64,000 nucleotides of DNA, taken from the IMG/VR virus record IMGVR_UViG_3300046167_000825, positions 225,015-289,014 of that record; one strand, written 5' to 3'. The notes beneath the pieces are model-generated. The model worked only from the letters and a program-made list of their open reading frames with translations. It did not search any database and was not told where the DNA came from. Positions 48,878 through 55,920 of this stretch are shown piece by piece. The position numbers were made by a program, and so were the translations under genes. Within the stretch, counting starts at the first letter, position 1, and each line of letters starts with the position of its first letter.

Positions 48878-49318
48878 ATGGGGAACTCAAGCATTCGTGT
48901 GGCATATAGATATTTGACAGCACGAGGGAAAGCCAAGAAAGATGTTGGACACGGTGGGTTAGACGAATGGTTTTCTGGTCATGGCACTGGGAAGAACAAG
49001 AGTGAGGGTGAAGCCACTTGGGGTGATTGGGTGTCAATATCTCCCGTAGATAAAACCATAGAGAAAGAAGACGGCACAAAGAAGAAGATACAGAAAGGGG
49101 ATATCGTGGGGGACTGTGGTATCAGCAAAGACCCCGAATGGAAAGACACCACCAACAATGGCAAATCACCCTTGAAGTGTATGCCTCGTCAGAAAGCCCA
49201 CAAGATGGATAAGAAGGAAAGAGCCGAACTAGCCAAAGGGAAGCAGAAAGCAGAGAAGGGGAGCAAAGGGAAGAAACCCGTGAACACCCCCACTTTCAAG
49301 AAAGAAGATAAGAAGTAA
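48878..49318 (+). CDS. basic probable internal head protein with N-terminal RVAYRYL tag
   Basis: GGLDEWF...WVSI...CG...KCMP. Confidence 0.7.
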   Translation: MGNSSIRVAYRYLTARGKAKKDVGHGGLDEWFSGHGTGKNKSEGEATWGDWVSISPVDKTIEKEDGTKKKIQKGDIVGDCGISKDPEWKDTTNNGKSPLKCMPRQKAHKMDKKERAELAKGKQKAEKGSKGKKPVNTPTFKKEDKK

Positions 49319-49321
49319 ATA

Positions 49322-50257
49322 TTACTTCCACCCCCCACCGAGTTCTTTGTATTTCGCCAAAGCCCACCCATTGGCGTAGGCTGAAGGATACTTGTTGAAG
49401 CCTTTACCCTCATTGGGGGCATTGACGGTTTTCCCACCTTCAGTGACCGACTTCAGTTCGCCCTTCGCCATCTGAATCATTTTATCCCACAGTTTCTGAT
49501 TGGTCGCTTCTGGTTTCTTTTCTTTCGACACCAAGAATCTGTAAGCAACTCGGACAGAGGCTTGTTTAACTTTGGGAGTGGCTTCCTTTGCGACCTTCTC
49601 TCTTGTTTTCAACCACTTGACTCCTTGTTGGAGATCCGTGAAGAAAATCCTATCCTTTCGCAGTAAACCTCTCGATTTTTTTGCTCTTATCTCAACATTC
49701 TCAAACTTCCGACCCGTCCATTCCCAAAGGTATTGGTTGCTCACAACAAGTTGGCGGGTGACCCTTCCATTCTCCCACACGGGGAGGCGAATAGATATGC
49801 TCCCTCCAGTTTTCTTGGCTTTCGCTTTGGATTTCATGATGGCATCTTTGTTGGATTTCTTCCATGCTTTGTACTTGGAGTTCGCTGAAGAAGAACTAAG
49901 TGCTGGATCATGACCCCAGTTCCGTAAAGATATCTCCCATTTGGACATCCCCGTGCTACCAACGGGTTGTCCGATTTTCCCACCGAGCATTCTCCCATTG
50001 AAACCATTCTCTTGGGCTGCATTATCAAAGTCGACATCTGACCACTCTTTAACGGGCTTTGATTTCCGTCTCTTGATACGATGAAGGGAATCCAAACCAC
50101 TTTGAATACCACCCTCATCTTTCGCTTTCGCTCTATTGAGAGAAGCCTCCAAACGGGCTGGGTTCTTCGCCCACTCATCGAGAGCATCTTGACTCATATT
50201 GATAAGCCCTTTCCATTTGTCGTATATCTCTTTTTTCTCTTTGTCAGATCGTGCCAT
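49322..50257 (-). CDS. multi-domain basic protein: DUF3140-like + RVAYRFL tag + DUF5872-like
   Basis: INMS...SLRNWGHDP; C-terminal PSAYANGWALAKYKELGGGW. Confidence 0.65.
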   Translation of the reverse strand: MARSDKEKKEIYDKWKGLINMSQDALDEWAKNPARLEASLNRAKAKDEGGIQSGLDSLHRIKRRKSKPVKEWSDVDFDNAAQENGFNGRMLGGKIGQPVGSTGMSKWEISLRNWGHDPALSSSSANSKYKAWKKSNKDAIMKSKAKAKKTGGSISIRLPVWENGRVTRQLVVSNQYLWEWTGRKFENVEIRAKKSRGLLRKDRIFFTDLQQGVKWLKTREKVAKEATPKVKQASVRVAYRFLVSKEKKPEATNQKLWDKMIQMAKGELKSVTEGGKTVNAPNEGKGFNKYPSAYANGWALAKYKELGGGWK

Positions 50258-50325
50258 TTCGGTATTCTCCCTTTATCTAAAACACAGATATAGAATGGTT
50301 ATTATCCTATAAGGTGAGGGTAGAT

Positions 50326-50628
50326 ATGACAGACAAAGAAAAACACAAGATTATGAAGGAAGCCTTCAATGCTCAGAACATTCGTGTCTATGAATATATA
50401 GATGACGAAGGTCGTGTTTTTTGGTCATTCGTGGAAACAAAGAAGCGTGTCGATATGTATCGCCTCCGTCTAGTTGATCGTGTGGGATTACAGTTCGTTC
50501 GTTGGGTCTTTGAACTCCGAAACCTCATCAAGAAAAAAGTCGAAATACAAAAGGACGACTCACTCGGTGAGGAACAGTTGGTACGTGAGTTCAACTGGGG
50601 TACAACCAACAAATTGAAGAAAAAATAA
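50326..50628 (+). CDS. hypothetical protein
   Basis: ORF with GAGG RBS. Confidence 0.55.
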   Translation: MTDKEKHKIMKEAFNAQNIRVYEYIDDEGRVFWSFVETKKRVDMYRLRLVDRVGLQFVRWVFELRNLIKKKVEIQKDDSLGEEQLVREFNWGTTNKLKKK

Positions 50629-50696
50629 CTCCTCCCCTGCCCCTTTGAGAGAATGGTGGGTATCATACAACGCAACAGATAACTAAGGAGTCAACC

Positions 50697-50969
50697 ATGT
50701 CTGAAACTACTGTAATAGGTGATGTTGAAGAAACCACAATCACACAACTTAACTCTCTCCGTCAAGCAGCGAAGGATATCACTGCCGAGATCGGAAGCCT
50801 CGAAATCCGTAAAGCCCGTATTATTGGGTCAATGGGTGAAATCGAAACGAAAGCACAAGAACTGCTCGCCAATGAAGCAAAGCGTTTGAACATCCCAGAA
50901 GGTACTGCTTGGCAAGTCACTCCAGAAGGGAAAGCCATTGCTCTCTCAACAGAAGCCAACAACGGATAA
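50697..50969 (+). CDS. small coiled-coil protein
   Basis: AAGGAG RBS; heptad pattern. Confidence 0.65.
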   Translation: MSETTVIGDVEETTITQLNSLRQAAKDITAEIGSLEIRKARIIGSMGEIETKAQELLANEAKRLNIPEGTAWQVTPEGKAIALSTEANNG

Positions 50970-51035
50970 GCCTCCCAATAATAGGTTTATATTCAGAGGG
51001 CTGTGAATACACAGTCCTTTTTTTATGGAGATTCT

Positions 51036-51614
51036 ATGTCTAACTTACGGAATAAAGTCATTCGTTTGGCACATCAAAACCCCGATTTACGCCCTCATCT
51101 TCTTCCTTTGCTTAAAGAAGCCTCAAAAGGACAAGCAAAAGCCGTTATCCAAAGCATCTTGAAAAGTCTTGACTTGAACGGTCTTGACCTTGAGGACTGT
51201 GTAGATGCTGTTCAACTCGACTCTCAGTGGCAAGCCTTCCTAGAAAGTCAGTACAAAATCGAGTTCAAGAAATCATACAAACTCTTGTCAAATGCTTATT
51301 CAAGAGATAATATAAGGGCTTTTCAAGAAACCTTCCCTCGCTCTAAGTTTTTCCAAAATGTGGATAGCACCAAAACGAGTAAATATGCTCTGGCTATCGT
51401 CAAGACGATGAAAGAAATCCTTCGGAGCAAAAAATCGTGGGAGTTCGGTGTTATGTTCGATGATATCGTTAAATATTGGCAAGGAGATGCTGCTGGGCGA
51501 ACTGCGTTGGTACAATCCGATGGTTTTCGTACAGATGTGATGTTCTTAACCACCGAGAAGAACTACGAGTCTCTTATCTGGGAAGAAACAGAGAGGTATT
51601 TACGTTCTCTCTAG
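51036..51614 (+). CDS. probable internal head protein with N-terminal leader LRNKVIRLAHQNPDLRPHLLPLLKEA
   Basis: Late motif at 50979; leader ends in KEA. Confidence 0.7.
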   Translation: MSNLRNKVIRLAHQNPDLRPHLLPLLKEASKGQAKAVIQSILKSLDLNGLDLEDCVDAVQLDSQWQAFLESQYKIEFKKSYKLLSNAYSRDNIRAFQETFPRSKFFQNVDSTKTSKYALAIVKTMKEILRSKKSWEFGVMFDDIVKYWQGDAAGRTALVQSDGFRTDVMFLTTEKNYESLIWEETERYLRSL

Positions 51615-51669
51615 TCGCATCAATAAAAATCTTATATTTGAACCTCCTATGTACATAGGGGGTTTTTTT

Positions 51670-52566
51670 ATGTCTGTTGCTTTCAAACAAGGGGACACTA
51701 TCGGGAGAGGGGATCTAGATATCTTCCTCTCAAACTCAAACGGAAATGTCGCTAATGCCTACGAGATTTTCTTCGGACTATATTATGTCGACCCAATAAC
51801 GACAGCAGAAGTTCTCATTGGGGGAGATAAACGACAACCAATGAACCCCTCTGTCGGGGAATACTATGCCGCACTCGCTATACCTATGGGTAGTACAGTA
51901 GGCGATTATCGCATCCGATGGACTTTCAAAGAGTTCTCTAGTTCCCCCTACCAACAAGTTGTACAAGAGTTCAATGTCGTGGGAGAAGCACTCATCACAA
52001 CCACAACCAAATACACTCAGTGCGAACAAGACATGATTCACAAACTAAGAATCTTACTCCGTGACCAAAACCCCGACAAGTTCTACCACTTCAGACCACC
52101 CGAACACGAAGGAAGCATCGGAAGATACAACCAAGTCTTCGGTTACATCTGGGAAGACGAAGAACTCCTAGAATACCTCGAACGCTCTCTCGACTGGTGG
52201 AACATGATGCCACCCGAAACCGAAATGCTCTCCGATATCGACAAACTCGTCCGTTCAAAACCAGCATGGCGTACTGCAATCCTATGGGGAGCAATCGTCC
52301 ACGCTGCAACTGCTCTCGCCTTCAACTGGGTCGCTGATGAGTTCGACTACTCCATCGGAGGTGTTTCACTCTCCATCGAAAAATCATCCAAGTACGAAGG
52401 ACTCAAATCCAACGCTGAAGGACAACTCCAAATCGCAACTGAAGCCAAACAAAGAACAACTAAGTACATGAGGTCTTTACAGCAGCCCCGCTTTGGAAGA
52501 GGTGTGCGGTCAGCCTTCGGCCCACATGTTGGTTCTGGTGTTCTTTCTCCCAGAAAGTTCGTTTAG
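51670..52566 (+). CDS. putative head-completion or neck protein
   Basis: Ig-like N-terminus then helical domain with YSIGGVSLS; late motif at 51624. Confidence 0.55.
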   Translation: MSVAFKQGDTIGRGDLDIFLSNSNGNVANAYEIFFGLYYVDPITTAEVLIGGDKRQPMNPSVGEYYAALAIPMGSTVGDYRIRWTFKEFSSSPYQQVVQEFNVVGEALITTTTKYTQCEQDMIHKLRILLRDQNPDKFYHFRPPEHEGSIGRYNQVFGYIWEDEELLEYLERSLDWWNMMPPETEMLSDIDKLVRSKPAWRTAILWGAIVHAATALAFNWVADEFDYSIGGVSLSIEKSSKYEGLKSNAEGQLQIATEAKQRTTKYMRSLQQPRFGRGVRSAFGPHVGSGVLSPRKFV

Positions 52567-52734
52567 CAAGGTTAAAACTGGCTTTTCGACTAGTTCGCTC
52601 ACTCTGTAGTTCGCTACTCGGTGGGCGAGTTTTGTTTTTAGTGCATCTACTGGGTTTGTGGGTTTTTCTCCCTTTACGAACCACGAAGTTTGTGCTATTC
52701 TATTCAAGAACACCTAGAAAGGAGATTCTTGGAT

Positions 52735-53973
52735 ATGAAAGTTTGTCAGCATTGTGGTCAGTCGTTTAAGGGAAGAATAAGTCGGGAGCATAAGGTCAAG
52801 TGTGCTGGTTGGGAGAACCCACCACCGTTGATGTGCTTGTGTGGTTTTTACACAGAGAGCCAGAGGGAGGACAAAGCCCACAAGAAGACTTGCTATGTTT
52901 GGCAGACGAGGGATAAGAAAGCGATAGCCCAAGCAAGGAGGAAACAACGAGCATTGGAGGTCTATGGTACGACCTCTCCCGTGAGCAAGTCAGCCTTAGC
53001 CCAGCAAGGAGTCAAGTCTGGTCGAAAGGGTTTGGATACTAGCACGGTGATAGAACGCTTCAAGGCGAAGCACGGGGGTGCGTATGATTATTCCAATGTG
53101 GTGTATGTTAATGCTCACACGAAGGTTGAGATAACTTGTCTTGCTCATGATTATACATTCAAGCAGAGGGCGAGGGATCATTGGGATGGGAATGGTTGTT
53201 CTTTGTGTGCTAGGGAGGCTATCTCTATTAGTCGTTTGGTTTCTTTTGATGAGTGGGAGGCATCGTGTGTGGCACGGCATGGTGCTATCTATGATTATTC
53301 CAAGATTGTTTTCTGGCTTGGCACTAACGAAAAGTATGTGATTGGTTGTAAGACTTGTGGTTCAGACTTTGAGCAGAGGGCGAGTAGTCATTATCAGCAT
53401 GGTTGCCCCAAGTGTGGTCAGAAACAACGAGAGATTTCTTGCACCAAGACTCACGATCAGTTCCTTTCCGAAGCAGAGATGGCACACGGGAGTGATAAGT
53501 ATGAATATCTGTCAGAGTACAACCATTCCAAAGAAAAGGTGACCATTCGTTGTATCCCTTGTGATTATGTCTTTGAGCAAGAGGCGAGTGAGCATACTAG
53601 GGGTAGTGGTTGTCCGAACTGTTGTAAGGGGAAGTCCGAAAGATTGTTCGGTGAGTGTCTGGCTGAGTTGCTTCCCGATGTGGAGATATGGGATGCACGG
53701 AAGTACGATTGGTTGATGAACTCCAACACGGGATATCCTCTTGAACTAGATTTCTTTATCCCTTCCTTGAAGATTGCTTTCGAGGTACAAGGCAGACAAC
53801 ACTATGAAGAAATTGAAAAGTGGGGTGGTTCAGACAAACTGTCCTCCCAGCAAGATCGAGATGACATCAAGCGAACCCTTTGTGAATCGGAGGGGGTTAC
53901 CTTGTATGAGTATGACTTGCGAGAGGGTCGTGACAAATCTTCTATGGAGTCATGGCTTAAAGGAGTGCTTTGA
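52735..53973 (+). CDS. Zn-ribbon-repeat endonuclease 1 (putative homing endonuclease)
   Basis: Three HG..YDYS...C...F.Q....H..G.GC..C repeats plus C-terminal LELDFFIPSLKIAFEVQGRQHY. Confidence 0.8.
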   Translation: MKVCQHCGQSFKGRISREHKVKCAGWENPPPLMCLCGFYTESQREDKAHKKTCYVWQTRDKKAIAQARRKQRALEVYGTTSPVSKSALAQQGVKSGRKGLDTSTVIERFKAKHGGAYDYSNVVYVNAHTKVEITCLAHDYTFKQRARDHWDGNGCSLCAREAISISRLVSFDEWEASCVARHGAIYDYSKIVFWLGTNEKYVIGCKTCGSDFEQRASSHYQHGCPKCGQKQREISCTKTHDQFLSEAEMAHGSDKYEYLSEYNHSKEKVTIRCIPCDYVFEQEASEHTRGSGCPNCCKGKSERLFGECLAELLPDVEIWDARKYDWLMNSNTGYPLELDFFIPSLKIAFEVQGRQHYEEIEKWGGSDKLSSQQDRDDIKRTLCESEGVTLYEYDLREGRDKSSMESWLKGVL

Positions 53974-55469
53974 TGGTGAGGTTGACAACACAAGATATAA
54001 TAGATCAATTGGTCGCTTTGAATGGTGAGGCACACTTTGATTATTCGAGAGTGTTGTGGCGAGGGAAATCCGTGAAGGTCACTATTGGTTGTAAGGCTTG
54101 TGGTGGTTGGTTTGATATGTTGACTCGCTATCACAAGCAAGGGAAGGGTTGTCCCTCGTGTGAACTTGATACTTTTGTTCAGACCAAACTGATCCCAAAG
54201 TTCCGAGAGGTTCATGGGGATAACTACGACTATTCTGCTATGGTTTATATGGGCTTAAACACAAAGGTTTCTATAATCTGTTCAGAGCATGGGGTGTTCC
54301 ATCAAAAACCAAATAAGCACCTCAAAGGTCAAGGGTGTGTTCGATGTGCTGGGACTCACCGACACACAACAGTCGAGTTTATATCCAAAGCCCAGCAAGC
54401 ACATCAATTTCGTTATACTTATGATGTCTGCAATTATGTGTCAGCCCACAAAAAAGTCCAAATAACGTGTCCCACACACGGGGTGTTCTCACAAACTCCA
54501 AGTAAGCATCTCAGAGGTGCTGGTTGCCCCTCTTGTGCAAACAATGTGAGGCTTTCTCACGCTGTGATCTTATCTCGGATTGAGCGATGGCATCCCAATA
54601 AGTTTGAGGTATTGCCCTTTTCTTATGAGAATACCAAAAGCAAGATATCTCTTGTTTGCCGAGATTGTACTTTGGTGGCTTCAAAAACTCTCTGTGGTTG
54701 GGAGTTGGGTTGTGTTTCATGTAATAGGAAAACACAGTCAGAGGCTTATTCTAATAGGAAACTGACAGAGTTCAAGGCTTTTTGGGGTGATCTATTTGAT
54801 TACACAGACACCAAAATCCTAGATAGTTCATCCCGAATGATTGTTCGTTGTCGGAAACACGACTATGTCTTTGAACAAGATGTGAGTCTTCATTTGCTTT
54901 ACAATGGTTGTTCTCTTTGTCGGGGGGAGAAGATTTCTCTGTCTAAGATGAAAACCCGAGAGGAAGCCCTACATGAGATGTCGGAAACTCATAAGGATTC
55001 TTATGATTACACTCATTTTGAGTATCTTGGTGTGACCATTCCTTCTTGGATTGGTTGTAGGACTTGTGGGGGTAGATTTAAGCAAAGCCTAGATAATCAT
55101 AAGAGAGGACACGGTTGCCCCAAGTGTTCAACGGGGAAATCCGAAAGATTGTTTGGAGAGTGCCTCAAAGAACTAGGGTACAAGGCGAACAAGGTGCGAC
55201 CACAGTGGCTACGCAACCACGAAACTGGCTATCCCCTCGAACTGGACTTTTACATCCCAGAACTCAAGATTGCCTTTGAAGTGCAAGGACTCCAACATTA
55301 TGAACCCGTTGAATATTTTGGTGGTGTAGAGAACTTCAAGAAAGTGCAGAAGAGGGACAAACTCAAGAGGTTCTTATGTTACATGAGTGGGGTTATTCTC
55401 CATGAATATGATCTACGGGATGGAAAGGATAAAGAATCCATCAAGAACTATCTGAACAGCATCCTTTGA
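53973..55469 (+). CDS. Zn-ribbon-repeat endonuclease 2 (putative homing endonuclease)
   Basis: About six repeats plus LELDFYIPELKIAFEVQGLQHY. Confidence 0.8.
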   Translation: MVRLTTQDIIDQLVALNGEAHFDYSRVLWRGKSVKVTIGCKACGGWFDMLTRYHKQGKGCPSCELDTFVQTKLIPKFREVHGDNYDYSAMVYMGLNTKVSIICSEHGVFHQKPNKHLKGQGCVRCAGTHRHTTVEFISKAQQAHQFRYTYDVCNYVSAHKKVQITCPTHGVFSQTPSKHLRGAGCPSCANNVRLSHAVILSRIERWHPNKFEVLPFSYENTKSKISLVCRDCTLVASKTLCGWELGCVSCNRKTQSEAYSNRKLTEFKAFWGDLFDYTDTKILDSSSRMIVRCRKHDYVFEQDVSLHLLYNGCSLCRGEKISLSKMKTREEALHEMSETHKDSYDYTHFEYLGVTIPSWIGCRTCGGRFKQSLDNHKRGHGCPKCSTGKSERLFGECLKELGYKANKVRPQWLRNHETGYPLELDFYIPELKIAFEVQGLQHYEPVEYFGGVENFKKVQKRDKLKRFLCYMSGVILHEYDLRDGKDKESIKNYLNSIL

Positions 55470-55603
55470 ACGAACTAGAACTAGAGATACACAAACTAGA
55501 CAGTCCAAAAACAAAAAAACCACCCTGAGACTAATCTACAATTTCGGATGAAAATCTTTCTTAAAGTTCTTTCGGTATAGTCTTTCGTAACTAAGGAGGT
55601 TGT

Positions 55604-55843
55604 ATGCCAGCGAAGAAGATATCTCAAGAAGTTGTCATTGCGAGATTTAAGGCAGCCCACGCTCACGAACCCGACCGTTATGACTATTCGAGAGTGGTTT
55701 ATGATAGGGCAATTGGTAAAGTGGAAATCAAATGTAATAAGTGTGGGAACTGGTTTTTCCAAAAGGCTAGATGGCATTGGAGAGGGCATGGCTGTGCGAA
55801 GTGTAACTTAGGCACGGAGCATCTTCGGAAGCCGAAGCGATAA
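55604..55843 (+). CDS. single Zn-ribbon-repeat protein (nuclease-less relative)
   Basis: RF..AH...YDYSRVVY...C.KC...F.Q....H..GHGCAKC; AAGGAGG RBS. Confidence 0.7.
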   Translation: MPAKKISQEVVIARFKAAHAHEPDRYDYSRVVYDRAIGKVEIKCNKCGNWFFQKARWHWRGHGCAKCNLGTEHLRKPKR

Positions 55844-55920
55844 GTTCTCTATATCTTTGTGGTATTGATAACCTATCTATATCTATGTATAGTCAGACCG
55901 TATTTGAAAGGGTGGATAAT

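Noticed and set aside
52567-52690. Group I intron or tRNA in the structured spacer
   Set aside because: No cloverleaf or intron core recognised, and the upstream gene ends normally
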